Of a stretch of DNA of 64,000 nucleotides, positions 9,201 to 18,792 are shown one piece after another. The notes under the pieces were generated by a model. It made no database searches and was not told the DNA's origin. It was given only the letters and a program-made list of their open reading frames with translations. Each line of letters starts with the position of its first letter. Position 1 is the first letter of the stretch. A program made the translations under genes and the position numbers. Source of the stretch: a virus; IMG/VR virus record IMGVR_UViG_3300035670_000141, positions 11,883 to 75,882 of that record; one strand, given 5' to 3'.

Positions 9201-11638
9201 GGGCCCGGCATTCCAGCGATTGCACCAACCAACATGTTGGCCGTACCAACAAGTGGTCGCATTCCTATAACAGTTACTTCACCTAATTTGTTACCTAGCG
9301 CGTCTACAGTTCCTTGCAATTGCAATATTTCAAGCCTTGCGCCACTCATTGCTTTTCTTGCAACATCCGTTGCGCCAGCGCTATTTTTCATATCACCAAA
9401 CATCTTCACAATTGCTTGTGAATTTTGATTAAGAATCGCCAGCATTTTTGAGCCAGCTTCATCGCCAAATAATATATTTGTAAGCTGCACTTGATCCGCT
9501 TGACTTAAATCATCAAGGCCTTCTTTCAAGCGAAGAAATACTTGCTCAAGTGGCAATAGCTTGCCTTGAGCATCAATTACAGTTGCTCCGATTTTTTCCA
9601 TCGCTGAAGCCAGCCTGGTTTGATTCCAGGCCAGTCCCATAACCTCTGGCGAAGCGCCCCCAGCGGCTTGCTGAAGCTTCGCCAGCGCAAACCTGAGGCC
9701 TGTACCTGCTACGGATCCTTGGATGCCAGCATTGGCCATTAGGCCTGTTGCTGCTGCAAGATCCTCAAGATTCACACCTAAAGACTTCGCGATTGGCGCA
9801 GCATATTGAAATGTATATCCAAGGCCTTCAATACTTGCATTGCTGCTATTTGCTGCATTTGTTAATACATCAACAACACGACTTGTCTCCTGCACATCCA
9901 ATCCAAATCCTCTTAATGTATTGCCTACGATTTCACCAAATTGTTGATATGCCGTACCGGTAGCTTCAGCCCCTCGCACGACACCAGGCAAAGCTTTGGT
10001 TACTTCATCAATACTAAATCCAGCGCGTACTAATGACGTAGAAAGTTCTGCAACTTGTTTTGATGTACCCGCCGCTTCGATGCCAACTTGTTCAATTACA
10101 GTGCCAAGTTTTTGATAACCGCCTTGTTCACCTGCCGCTGCCGCTGCTAATCTGATTTCCGAATCTAATTCAAGGAAGCCACCGACTAGGTTACGGACGG
10201 ATCCTAGTGCTATAAGTAATCCGTCGGTTATGTTGTTTGTTAGAGATAGTGCCGCGCCTGTAATAGCGGATTCTAATATATTAAATTCATCAAAATCTCC
10301 AACTTTTTTCCTGAGTTCATTAAGCTCTCTTTCAGCCCTGTTAATCTCTTGACCAAGTTTTTTGAATTCCGAGGTGTCGATCGGTATAGTAAGTCTACGT
10401 TGTCTTAAATCACGAATTCGAGCCTCAAGTCTTGCGGTTAATGCAGCAATGCTATTAGTGTCAACATTTAACAATATCTTTTTTTGTCCTATGTCTTCAA
10501 TTTCTTTTTGTATCTTAGTAATTTCAACTTCAAGCTTTTTGAATTCCGTGCTATCAACAGACACTTTCGTCTGTTTTGTTCGCAACTCATTTAACCTAGC
10601 GCTTAGTGCCTGAATAGATTTTGGATCTACGTTTAGAGTGAGAAGTCTTTTATTTGCTTCAGTGATCTCATCTTTAATACTATCAATCTCTTTTTGCAGC
10701 TTAGTAAAGTCAGAGCTGTCAACATTTATCTTTGCTTGTTTTGCCTGAAGCTCGTTCAACTTAATTCCTAACGCTTGAATAGATTTTGGATCTACGTTTA
10801 TAGCGAGAAGATTTTTGCTCGCGTCAGCAATTTGGGTTTTAACTTTATCAATATCTTTTTGTAGCTGAATAAACTCGGAACTATTAACACTTACTTTTGT
10901 TTGTCTTGATTGAAGTTCATTCAACCTTGTCTGTAATCCCTGTAATGATTTTTCATCAAAATCAACAATTACCTGCTTATTTTCAATATCGCTTATGTTT
11001 TTTTCTGTCTCAGTAATTTGCTTTCCTAGATTTGTAAATTCTTCACTATTTACATTAACCCTAAGGCGAGCCTGTTTTAATTGATCTAACTTGTCTTGTA
11101 GAGCGGTAACTATTGATAAAACACTTTCAGCATTTGCATCAATAAGAATACGTCGTGACTGAACTTTGCCTAATTCTTTATTTACAGTATCAATTTCTCT
11201 TTGTAGCTCAATAAACTCTTTACTGTCGATATTAACAATTGTTTGCTTACTCTGAAGATCTGCTAATTTTTTTGATAGACCAGCAATGCTTCGATCGTCT
11301 ATTTTTGATGGCGCTGACAGCGCAGCCTTGAAGGCTTGCACGGCTTTTTGCGCGACGTTGAATTCTTTACTTACCTCTCCAATGCTTTTGATCACATTAG
11401 GAGGAACAATATCTCCTTTTGCTGTTTCAAACTGAAATTTTTGACTATTAAAAACCAGGCCAACTTTTTTTGCTGCTGCCGTAGCTTGAGCTATTAAATC
11501 ATCCAACGCTTTCTTTGCGCCTTCACTCAACCCACTACCAAAATCCTTGCCGGCAATTCCCCCCGCTCTTTCAAGTTCGCGCGCAACTTCCTCTTGATTT
11601 TCAAGCAGAAGCGCTATAGAAACCTGAAGATCTGCCAC
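6209..11638 (-). CDS. Tail tape measure protein (TP901-family core)
   Basis: 1809 aa, helical; core YAAPIAKSLGVNLEDLAAATGLMANAGIQGSVAGTGLR; hydrophobic middle; C-terminal RFAGGDV...INEIGRE. Confidence 0.95.
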   Translation of the reverse strand: MADLQVSIALLLENQEEVARELERAGGIAGKDFGSGLSEGAKKALDDLIAQATAAAKKVGLVFNSQKFQFETAKGDIVPPNVIKSIGEVSKEFNVAQKAVQAFKAALSAPSKIDDRSIAGLSKKLADLQSKQTIVNIDSKEFIELQREIDTVNKELGKVQSRRILIDANAESVLSIVTALQDKLDQLKQARLRVNVNSEEFTNLGKQITETEKNISDIENKQVIVDFDEKSLQGLQTRLNELQSRQTKVSVNSSEFIQLQKDIDKVKTQIADASKNLLAINVDPKSIQALGIKLNELQAKQAKINVDSSDFTKLQKEIDSIKDEITEANKRLLTLNVDPKSIQALSARLNELRTKQTKVSVDSTEFKKLEVEITKIQKEIEDIGQKKILLNVDTNSIAALTARLEARIRDLRQRRLTIPIDTSEFKKLGQEINRAERELNELRKKVGDFDEFNILESAITGAALSLTNNITDGLLIALGSVRNLVGGFLELDSEIRLAAAAAGEQGGYQKLGTVIEQVGIEAAGTSKQVAELSTSLVRAGFSIDEVTKALPGVVRGAEATGTAYQQFGEIVGNTLRGFGLDVQETSRVVDVLTNAANSSNASIEGLGYTFQYAAPIAKSLGVNLEDLAAATGLMANAGIQGSVAGTGLRFALAKLQQAAGGASPEVMGLAWNQTRLASAMEKIGATVIDAQGKLLPLEQVFLRLKEGLDDLSQADQVQLTNILFGDEAGSKMLAILNQNSQAIVKMFGDMKNSAGATDVARKAMSGARLEILQLQGTVDALGNKLGEVTVIGMRPLVGTANMLVGAIAGMPGPVKTTVAALVVLAGAAAAATVGLGALNLVVGQTGGWALLASNAKMAAASVASIGGTATLVIGAAAALAVFTGAIKETDEASRSLLQTMTSLAAAVATFRTLSTFKVPPILTAILSLSAGIAAYAGIGSQIKITSDEVRKLSEETKGLEDEITSLQSQVEEGKELGLDTKIAEDRIEKLSVKLQSLKGPLEIKLDLQKAESQVEELRSKLKANWQLGGPAAFGGRPSNTVKDQSIPIVFPLILPSMLMKQSSIVQGISSAVPSFYGTKTGEAGESLQLAQIEAAERIRDIYKEIERGKIENIVGEAAKRDATEIQKLSNKVNELKLAATKLPITAKTDRTAIDKELGVIQQRIEGLKARIKVDVNSEEVLLAQAAIERQLENTNLTAQQRNELEKDLLILTNERLKLQKEQISNADRINKVAESEKDKSITQLEFYKKLVEGTKAAATEQLAAGKITKSQAEENIRLVQLQQLEAEKLAKLNEIAAREAKRESTTSLRAQLTEIEEKKIPLIEQSRQASLEKELSLIQVQKAEYLAIVSNRLAEKEITTQQYENELRYIDRVAIEREKVSKQRQLALVDPESQEGLGLRAQIASLDKSLAENRLATAKAVSEQIASEVESYSTMVDLASKRLDIENQSREQSKNGYDIEMQLVQAITEQIRARQELIRSEFAVSGAFINRDIADAQAVLSSLQSGLEKTNGKDDRVGISNQIARQEAYIASLKNRASKEAIRAKEIELAGLQEQERIEMVSLDLKQRMAIIDQESRSAQSRFLNYQAAIELKRTLAKSKDPNLAAQERKELMDMAKIQEEALNLSSMDVKFQNEKLKTLQQINRIERDNLLMNQQSRRNNVFSELVNLGGARFAGGDVTPNKDWIINEIGRESFLSDSGQLSWINRPANSLWRPPSKGMVIPANVSEYLASAGLLPGGSGRGSAGTGGRLDRIAYSIGMSGDITDRMMRQTLAMGKLQKSIDKLASKDWSITVPIPSNARLLRTTGGF
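10290..11310 (-). repeat. About 55-aa (165-bp) internal repeats in the tape measure N-terminal region
   Basis: VDPKSIQAL..LNEL..KQ.K..VDS..F.KL units; identical 24-mer gaatagattttggatctacgttta at 10612 and 10777. Confidence 0.8.
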
Positions 11639-11671
11639 GTTTCGACTACGTTATGTTTTATTTTTCCCGAA

Positions 11672-12103
11672 TCAAGGTGTGATCATCGCAACATTAGACG
11701 TCCATGTTATTGTATGCTGCTGAAGCCCTGACGTTAGGTCGTCTATTGTTACATCAGCAGCATTAGCGCCAGGAAGTAGCAATAAAATATGATTGATTAC
11801 AGCGTCTTGATTGAAGATTCCATTGCTAGGCTCCCATTGAATCACGGAAATTCTAAAAGTTGGATTAACATTTATTTGCCCGGTCTCAGTTGTCTTAACC
11901 ATGGTGCCTTGCGCTGATCTATAGACAATTACTTCAACACCAGACGTGCTACTTGTTGCTTCAATAGATTCATTTGGGAACAAATGCGCTAGTGCTAGCC
12001 TTGTGGTGCCATCACGTAAATTATGAACACCTAGCAATGCTGTTAGATCAGTATCCGCCGCAAATAAGTCAAAAATTTCATAGCTGTTAATCGGTAGTGT
12101 CAT
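11672..12103 (-). CDS. Tail terminator/completion-like protein
   Basis: About 143 aa, just upstream of tape measure; LFAADTDLTALLG start is typical. Confidence 0.5.
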   Translation of the reverse strand: MTLPINSYEIFDLFAADTDLTALLGVHNLRDGTTRLALAHLFPNESIEATSSTSGVEVIVYRSAQGTMVKTTETGQINVNPTFRISVIQWEPSNGIFNQDAVINHILLLLPGANAADVTIDDLTSGLQQHTITWTSNVAMITP

Positions 12104-12185
12104 GGCTTGATCTTTCAAATTGTTACAACTGTGCTGATTTTATATCATTATGCCCTAAGATGACAAGGCAACTTGCAAATCTTTT

Positions 12186-12383
12186 GTGGAATTGTCATTT
12201 GCTCAACAATTTGAACTTGAACGCCAATTGCGTGCTATTGATGGTGAGTGTGATACCGAAAAACTGCGATCCTTATGCAAAGACCTGATCCGCTCATGGC
12301 ACGCGCAAAGATCTGCTACATTATTCTTTATGAAGCAAACATTGCCACAACGCAATGCACAATCTCATCAGGCTAATTTGTGA
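12186..12383 (+). CDS. nblA: NblA-like phycobilisome degradation peptide
   Basis: 65 aa; ELSFAQQFELERQLR resembles the NblA LS(L/V)EQQF signature, followed by two helices. Confidence 0.5.
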   Translation: MELSFAQQFELERQLRAIDGECDTEKLRSLCKDLIRSWHAQRSATLFFMKQTLPQRNAQSHQANL

Positions 12384-12514
12384 AGAACCTATTGACTCGC
12401 CAAATGATGGTCCGGTAGTCTATGATGTCTTGCAACATGAAGCACAAGCAATGCTAGATTATTTGCATTCTATTGGATGGAAAAAGGTCTCATCCTGGCA
12501 ACTTTGTTATTATC

Positions 12515-13234
12515 ATGACTGAAATGACTTTTCAGCGATTTTTAGATCGCTTCAATGCTTATTCAGGATTACAACATCAAAAAGATGGTGTAAGGCAATT
12601 GTATGACGCCATACAAAAGGGGGCGCCAGAACAGCTCCGTGAGAATGCCCCATGGGCTAAAACATTTTCCCCTGTATCCGTTGCACGCCCGGCGAATCCA
12701 TTGCCTGTAGCCTATTTTGAGCAGGGTGATAACGGCCCTGAAGGGTGGAGGGAATGCCAGCCAACAGCAGTTTCGATGGGCCTTAACCATTTGCGCGTCA
12801 GGGATCCTTTCGGTCCTGGTGTCATTGACGACAACAGTTTTGTTAAGTTGGTTAAGCGTTATGGTGATGTAACAAGTCAATCTGCGGTATCAAAAGCTCT
12901 TGACTTCTTAAAAGTTAAGTATAGATTCACCACGAATTGCACAGTTGAACAGGCCAAGCAAGAAATTGATAATGGAAGGCCATTAGCAGTTGGGATGCTG
13001 CATCGTGGCCCCGTAACCCGCCCAACAGGTGGTGGGCATTATATTACCATCATTGGATACAACGAAAGAGGATGGATTGTGCATGATCCATACGGAGAAC
13101 AGGATCTAGTAAATGGAGGCTTTGTTAAGGTCGGCGGCCTTCATGGTATGCGTCTTCAATATAGCTATAGAAACACTAATCCACGATGGACCGTAGAAGG
13201 TCCAAATAGTGGATGGGCTTGGATTTTTAACTAA
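12515..13234 (+). CDS. C39-like cysteine peptidase, putative endolysin
   Basis: ECQPTAVSM (Cys), GGGHYITIIGY (His), VHDPYG (Asp). Confidence 0.8.
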   Translation: MTEMTFQRFLDRFNAYSGLQHQKDGVRQLYDAIQKGAPEQLRENAPWAKTFSPVSVARPANPLPVAYFEQGDNGPEGWRECQPTAVSMGLNHLRVRDPFGPGVIDDNSFVKLVKRYGDVTSQSAVSKALDFLKVKYRFTTNCTVEQAKQEIDNGRPLAVGMLHRGPVTRPTGGGHYITIIGYNERGWIVHDPYGEQDLVNGGFVKVGGLHGMRLQYSYRNTNPRWTVEGPNSGWAWIFN

Positions 13235-13246
13235 TCAAGGTACAAA

Positions 13247-13930
13247 ATGTCAACAAAGTGGTTAAAATGGTCACCCAAAGAGGTGCAAATTTTGCAGTCG
13301 CTTGCTGGTGAACTTCCAACAAGTCTCATTCAAAAAAGGCTAAGTAAGTATGGCCATGAGCGATCTATTAGAGCTATACAATGCAAGGCGTATGATCTGG
13401 GTCTCAGTCTTGTAGTATCACATTCTTCCTTGTTGCATCTTGTTGATGTAGCAAATTTACTAAAACGCGATCCAAGCGCTATAAGATCACTAGCGAAAAA
13501 TAATCCAAAAGTAGCTAAAATTTTAGCTCTTAGAAAGATTGATCGCAAGATTTTTATAGCTAGAAAAAATCTAGTTAAACTGGCCTATGAAAGACCATCT
13601 TTTTTTGCAGGCGCACCGCAAGAAAACTTGCTATACCTACTAGAAGACCCTGCTTTGGTTGAAACCATTGTAGGTCTATTCCCTTCAAAAGTTATGGATT
13701 TTAGGGTTAGGTCATCTGATGGTGAGATATGGGAAAGTGTAAATCAGATTGGGCGCGTATTTAACGTTCCCGCTGAAAGAATCTTTAGGTCTATCAAGAT
13801 TGGTCATCCTGTTGTCGTTTCAAATGGCTTTAAGAAATGTGCCTTAACATTTGAGCGGATAGGCACACCACGTTCTAAAATAGGAAAGACACTGCAGGAG
13901 CTTCAAGGTGAAAGTTCTGATCACAACTGA
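13247..13930 (+). CDS. Putative HTH DNA-binding protein
   Basis: WSPKEVQIL...RSIRAIQCKAYDLGL Myb/HTH-like N-terminus. Confidence 0.5.
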   Translation: MSTKWLKWSPKEVQILQSLAGELPTSLIQKRLSKYGHERSIRAIQCKAYDLGLSLVVSHSSLLHLVDVANLLKRDPSAIRSLAKNNPKVAKILALRKIDRKIFIARKNLVKLAYERPSFFAGAPQENLLYLLEDPALVETIVGLFPSKVMDFRVRSSDGEIWESVNQIGRVFNVPAERIFRSIKIGHPVVVSNGFKKCALTFERIGTPRSKIGKTLQELQGESSDHN

Positions 13931-14273
13931 AGGTGGTTTTATCGGGCCATTTTGGTGGCGCAATAAATCACCTGTTCTTAATGGTCAACTAGCCAGTGCT
14001 GATGGTGGATGGATTGATCATTATTTTACACTTCATGGCAGTTGGGGGATGAGCAAGAATTTTGTTTCTTGTATTAAGTTACGCGACGTTGAAATTCATC
14101 AAATTAAGGATGGATTAGATGAAATTGCTATATCAGAAATACCAAAGTTTTTTCTTGATTCCATAAAGATCAGCTTAATTCGAGCGCTCATGATCACAAC
14201 ATATAAAATCGCGACCTCTCTTCAAATCAATCACTTAAACAATTGCCTTAATTTAGAATGTCAACCCAAGTAA
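13908..14273 (+). CDS. Hypothetical protein
   Basis: ORF overlapping both neighbours in an operon. Confidence 0.5.
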   Translation: MKVLITTEGGFIGPFWWRNKSPVLNGQLASADGGWIDHYFTLHGSWGMSKNFVSCIKLRDVEIHQIKDGLDEIAISEIPKFFLDSIKISLIRALMITTYKIATSLQINHLNNCLNLECQPK

Positions 14274-14440
14274 CTTCATTACGCAGAAAAAACCTGCGTC
14301 GTCGATCAATGCGATCACAGCCAATGATTCATTGGCAAGTATTATTGGGCTTTATGCTTACATTTTCTCCTTTTGTGGGGTGGGTTTTTTATACTCATCT
14401 TGAGCAAATTACCGCCTTTTTTGATGCTAATCAAACCTAG
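14258..14440 (+). CDS. Small membrane protein
   Basis: Basic N-terminus plus one hydrophobic helix. Confidence 0.45.
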   Translation: MSTQVTSLRRKNLRRRSMRSQPMIHWQVLLGFMLTFSPFVGWVFYTHLEQITAFFDANQT

Positions 14441-14472
14441 CATCAGCCCTTAACGTTTCCCACCTTTTGACA

Positions 14473-15603
14473 ATGCAACTTGTCTGCTCCCAAAGCGAAT
14501 TGACCACTGCGCTGGCCGCTGTGGTCAAAGCGGTCCCAAGCCGCCCATCCCATCCAATCCTGATCAACGTGCTGCTTAATGCAACACAAGGATTCTTATC
14601 GCTGACCGGATATGATCTGAATCTTGGTATTCAGACCAAAATTACCGCATCAGTTTCAACTGATGGCACTACAGCGGTACCGCACCGCTTGATGCAAGAT
14701 ATTGTATCAAAACTACCATCAGACAGTCCGATCAGCCTTAGTCTTTCAGAAGAAAGGTTGACGATTTCAAGTACAACTGGTAGCTATGAACTTGCAGTCA
14801 ATAATCCTAGTGATTATCCAGATTTTCCAACGGTTGAAGGGGATCCGATCATATTTCCTGCAAGTGTATTTACTCAAGCCATTAGGCAAGTATCTTTTTG
14901 CGCTAGCACTGATGAATCAAAACAAGTTCTCATGGGAGTCAATATAACCAGCGCTGCAAATGTTGTTAAGGCAGCTTGCACCGATGGACATAGACTTGCA
15001 GTTTCTACTTATGAAGATGTCAACGTGTCAGGAGATGATTTTAATATCACTATTCCTGCAGCGTCAATAGTAGAGGCAACTAAATTAGCTCTTGATGATA
15101 TTAGTATTACGACTAATAAGCATAGTCAACTATTGGTTAAGATGGGCAATACGTTATTGACAACCCGTGCATTTAACGCAAATTACCCTAATTATGAAGA
15201 GCTAATCCCAAAAACCTTTAAGCAAGTTTTCACCTTAGATCGCAAGGGTTTTACGTCCGCACTTAATCGTGTGGCCACAATTGTTCATGCCGGCAATAAC
15301 GTGATAAAGCTTGTTTTTGATGGTGATATGTTGTCAATCATGGCAGATGATCAGCAAAATAAAGCTAGTGAAAAACTACCTTTGCAGAATAAAAATACAT
15401 CTGAAGAGGAATTTATGGTTGCCTTGAACGCGACTTATGTATTGTCGGCTGTTAAGGCAATATCAACAGATCACATAAATTTGTATTTTAATTACCCAAC
15501 AACGCCTATGTTAATCAAGCCTGATTACAACCTTGATGATGAAGCCGCTGCGTCCATTACAATGCAAACATACCTAATCATGCCGGTTCAAATTACAACT
15601 TAG
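14473..15603 (+). CDS. dnaN: DNA polymerase III beta sliding clamp
   Basis: AVPSRPSHPILINVLL, TDGHRLA, YPNYEELIP, YLIMPVQ. Confidence 0.95.
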   Translation: MQLVCSQSELTTALAAVVKAVPSRPSHPILINVLLNATQGFLSLTGYDLNLGIQTKITASVSTDGTTAVPHRLMQDIVSKLPSDSPISLSLSEERLTISSTTGSYELAVNNPSDYPDFPTVEGDPIIFPASVFTQAIRQVSFCASTDESKQVLMGVNITSAANVVKAACTDGHRLAVSTYEDVNVSGDDFNITIPAASIVEATKLALDDISITTNKHSQLLVKMGNTLLTTRAFNANYPNYEELIPKTFKQVFTLDRKGFTSALNRVATIVHAGNNVIKLVFDGDMLSIMADDQQNKASEKLPLQNKNTSEEEFMVALNATYVLSAVKAISTDHINLYFNYPTTPMLIKPDYNLDDEAAASITMQTYLIMPVQITT

Positions 15604-15630
15604 TCATCAAAGGCTAAATCATTACAAAAT

Positions 15631-15657
15631 AAAGCCCCTATCAATTAGGGGCTTTTT
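15631..15657. terminator. Bidirectional intrinsic terminator
   Basis: AAAGCCCCTA-TCAAT-TAGGGGCTTTTT between convergent dnaN and tail tube genes. Confidence 0.85.
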
Positions 15658-15675
15658 CGTGCTTTAATTCAACTA

Positions 15676-16536
15676 TTAACCTGATGTGTTGTCTAAGATT
15701 TTGTAGACACCACCTATCACGGTTAATGTAGTCGTGAATTTAGCCAATGTGCCAGAATCACCATCTTCGCTGATACTAGAAAACATGCCGTAGCACAGCA
15801 GCTTTTCTGTAGTACCACCAGGCCCGACGCGAAGGTATTTGAAGCCCAATTGTTCGGTTGTGCTAAATGTATCTAAAACCGAAAGAATTTTATGATCTAC
15901 ATTTCGATGTACGGTCATCCCTTTGATAGCAGCACTCCTGCTATCTGTAAGGGAAATTGTAATTGCATTCCCCAAGGTTGCTTGGTCATCAGTGATAACA
16001 GATTCAGTATTGGTGGAAGTAGAAAAAGGACCGCCCGTAATGTTATTCAACATAATTGGGCGTCCGGTTCCATTTAATGGGTATACACCATTCACAACAG
16101 TACCAGTATCAGCACCGCTAGCAATCGTGGCACCAGTTTGATCATAGGTAATCCCCGTTGATGTAACTGTTTTGACCGGAAATGTGCCGTTGATTGAAGT
16201 ATTAGTTACGGCTGTAACTTTTACAATATCACCAACCGCAACCTTGCCAGTAGGATCAGCGGAAAATGTAAGCGTCACAACCCCAGTCGATCTTGCTACA
16301 TTAGTAATTGAAAATGTTTCAGCACCAACAAGCAATTCAAAGGTGCTACCAGTCCCGGAATAGGTTACAGTTTTAACCCCAGAGATAGCCTTTGTTGTAT
16401 CCAGCCAGCTTGAAAGCAGTGCGCCTTGATTGGCGGCAGCAGTAGCGGCATCCTCCAGTACGATAGAAGAACGCCTCATCGGCACAATATAATGCTGCCG
16501 ATCAAGTACGCTAGTGTACGCAACTGAAGTAGCCAT
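15676..16536 (-). CDS. Major tail (tube) protein with inserted beta-rich domain
   Basis: Thr/Gly-rich 286 aa; C-terminal GMFSSISEDGDSGTLAKFTTTLTVIG; own late promoter. Confidence 0.75.
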   Translation of the reverse strand: MATSVAYTSVLDRQHYIVPMRRSSIVLEDAATAAANQGALLSSWLDTTKAISGVKTVTYSGTGSTFELLVGAETFSITNVARSTGVVTLTFSADPTGKVAVGDIVKVTAVTNTSINGTFPVKTVTSTGITYDQTGATIASGADTGTVVNGVYPLNGTGRPIMLNNITGGPFSTSTNTESVITDDQATLGNAITISLTDSRSAAIKGMTVHRNVDHKILSVLDTFSTTEQLGFKYLRVGPGGTTEKLLCYGMFSSISEDGDSGTLAKFTTTLTVIGGVYKILDNTSG

Positions 16537-16575
16537 GGTGAATCAGTGGATCAGTGGATCAGTGGTTTTCTAGCG

Positions 16576-17250
16576 TTAGTTTTCCCGATTTTTAATTGTT
16601 AACCTAGCTTCACCATTGCTTGCGCCATAAGCTCCTTTTGGCACTATATCTTCAGGGATTTGCATTACTACCGATGATCCTTTCTCGTCATAAAATACTC
16701 TTGTTGCACCATTGGCGCTTGCTTCCGCGATTAACATGCCTCCCCATTGATCCTGCCCGGCTCGCCATGGTGCTAGCAGCACGGCATCTTCGGCGGCCCA
16801 GCATAGCCTAGATGGTGGTGTCACATCCTTTCCTGCGGTTGCTAAATCCTGCAACCAAGGACCATTTGTTACAACATCCGGCAATAATTCCTGCTCCAAT
16901 AGCGCTAACATTGCAGCACCAGCAGCGCTTGGCGGCATCGGCTTTTCTGTTACTTCCGCATAAAAACAAAAATCTTTTAGGTCAAATGGTTCACTCCTGA
17001 TTTCTCTATTACGATTTGCCTCTGCATTTAGCAATGCAATTTGAGCGGTTGTTAACTCTTCTCTATGAAGCCTTTCCTTTTCGTGTTTGTATCCCCTCTT
17101 GAGCGCCTCGAGGACGTAACGCGACGGGAGCTTGCCGAATGATTCTCTGCTAAATTCAGCGGCGCCTGGCCAGAGTCTACGACATTCCCAGTAGGCATCA
17201 ATCCAGTTCGTGCGGCTACAATCGACTGTATCGCCGCTTGTAACTTTTTT
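16576..17250 (-). CDS. -1 frameshift extension of the tail chaperone (gpGT-like)
   Basis: The -1 frame from AAAAAAG is open (KKVTSGDTVDCSRTNWIDAYWECRRLWP...) and joins the 16576..17034 ORF. Confidence 0.75.
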   Translation of the reverse strand, partial: KKVTSGDTVDCSRTNWIDAYWECRRLWPGAAEFSRESFGKLPSRYVLEALKRGYKHEKERLHREELTTAQIALLNAEANRNREIRSEPFDLKDFCFYAEVTEKPMPPSAAGAAMLALLEQELLPDVVTNGPWLQDLATAGKDVTPPSRLCWAAEDAVLLAPWRAGQDQWGGMLIAEASANGATRVFYDEKGSSVVMQIPEDIVPKGAYGASNGEARLTIKNREN

Positions 17251-17822
17251 AGATCATCCTCAATTCCGCGACGTTGCTCTGTTGGGTCTTCATTTTTGCC
17301 ATTAGATTCCTCTTGTTGTTGTATCGCATATAAAGAAAGCTTAATACTTTCAGGAAGATCAGTTGTATTTTCATCACTCCATTCTGGCTTAATTCTTTGC
17401 ATCATAACAGTTGCACTTCTTGTTGTGATTTGCGCTTCTAATTCTTTAATTGATTCTAGGTATTCATCCAAGACGCCTCTATAATTAAGTTCAAGCTCTT
17501 CTTTTAATGGATCAAGTTCAAAGCCTAATGGCCTAACACCTTTGTGTTCAAAATGTATTGTGCTAAGCATCAAAAACAACTGATGAGATTGTGGGATATT
17601 TTCGTAACCATTCTTTTCTAACAGCTCCTTAAGTTTTACAGTAGTCTTTAGCGTGATTCTATAAATCGTATTATCTGGATCAATCTCTCTAATCAATGTT
17701 AATTCATGTGCTGTCATATAACCAAAGCGTGGTATTGAAAATCTACCTCCCTGCCACGTAATTTCAAAAGGTTCTAACTCAAGCTTTGGCGATGATTCCC
17801 AAGGGATCAGATCAATTGTCAT
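17052..17822 (-). CDS. Tail assembly chaperone (gpG-like, frame 0)
   Basis: Contains the slippery heptamer A AAA AAG at 17250-17244. Confidence 0.7.
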   Translation of the reverse strand: MTIDLIPWESSPKLELEPFEITWQGGRFSIPRFGYMTAHELTLIREIDPDNTIYRITLKTTVKLKELLEKNGYENIPQSHQLFLMLSTIHFEHKGVRPLGFELDPLKEELELNYRGVLDEYLESIKELEAQITTRSATVMMQRIKPEWSDENTTDLPESIKLSLYAIQQQEESNGKNEDPTEQRRGIEDDLKKLQAAIQSIVAARTGLMPTGNVVDSGQAPLNLAENHSASSRRVTSSRRSRGDTNTKRKGFIEKS

Positions 17823-18319
17823 AACTTACGGTAAGCAGAGATAAATGCTAGCTTAAACATCTTACCATAAGGATATGGTTCAATACCTGGAATTGCAATT
17901 GTTCCCAAAACTGCAGATGTCCATGGTCTTGCCGGTAGGTCAACTTTAGGTCTTGATTTATCACCCCAAGGGTGAATTTTAGCGCCATAGTGCACTGCTG
18001 TTGCATAAACAACAGGCCACTTAAATGTAGCCAGGGTACCTGAAATTGTATAGTATCCAGATGCTCTTAATGTGCCAAGATCTACTATATTACGTGGACT
18101 TCCCACGATGATACCAGATGTTTTCTTGCCTGATTTTGTATAGCTACCACTTCGCATTGTTTTACGTGGCCATTGCCATACCTCTGCACCCATCGCAGCC
18201 ATAAAGGCAGAATTAAGCTCAGGAAATACAAAGGCCGCTGCTTTTTCAGCGGCAAGATTGATCTTTCTATTAAAAGAAGGGTTTAATTTAACACCTGATA
18301 CCCTTGTTGTTAGTTTCAT
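17819..18319 (-). CDS. HK97 gp10-like neck/tail completion protein
   Basis: RNIVDLGTLRAS...YATAVHYG...PARPW motifs. Confidence 0.7.
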   Translation of the reverse strand: MKLTTRVSGVKLNPSFNRKINLAAEKAAAFVFPELNSAFMAAMGAEVWQWPRKTMRSGSYTKSGKKTSGIIVGSPRNIVDLGTLRASGYYTISGTLATFKWPVVYATAVHYGAKIHPWGDKSRPKVDLPARPWTSAVLGTIAIPGIEPYPYGKMFKLAFISAYRKL

Positions 18320-18790
18320 TTATCTTCCCGCCGCAAATGTTCCAGTAAATTCATCACCCGCAAATTGTCTTACGATACCATCAATTCCACCTTCACTAGA
18401 TATTGTAGCAATTGTAAGCCAACCCTTTTCACCATCTTTTAAGTCAGGCAAGCTAGTTACATCACCTAGAAATGCTTCTACCTTTTCACCTCTAGGAAAA
18501 CCAGTAGGTTTTAGGCCGTCATCATTCCATGCCCATGCTGTACCACTATCTAACCAATCATCGCCTGATGGTATCACAGCCCATCTTGTTATATTTCCTT
18601 CTACATTGGCAGCACCAAAATGTTGGCCGCCTAATGATTGTTCATTATTTGGTCCGCTAGTATCGACATAGGCTTCAATTGCAACATAATCAAATGATGA
18701 CCTAACACCTTCGCGTAGGCTTGATGGTAGCGTTGTTGGGCGCTTCCATACCATGCGCATTCCAGGGAATTGAGCAAAAGGCGTTGCCAT
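18320..18790 (-). CDS. Head-tail connector-region protein
   Basis: Size and position only. Confidence 0.45.
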   Translation of the reverse strand: MATPFAQFPGMRMVWKRPTTLPSSLREGVRSSFDYVAIEAYVDTSGPNNEQSLGGQHFGAANVEGNITRWAVIPSGDDWLDSGTAWAWNDDGLKPTGFPRGEKVEAFLGDVTSLPDLKDGEKGWLTIATISSEGGIDGIVRQFAGDEFTGTFAAGR

Positions 18791-18792
18791 GA

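Noticed and set aside
16542-16565. (ATCAGTGG)x3 tandem in the tail-tube leader
   Set aside because: Short single-locus slippage repeat with no further support
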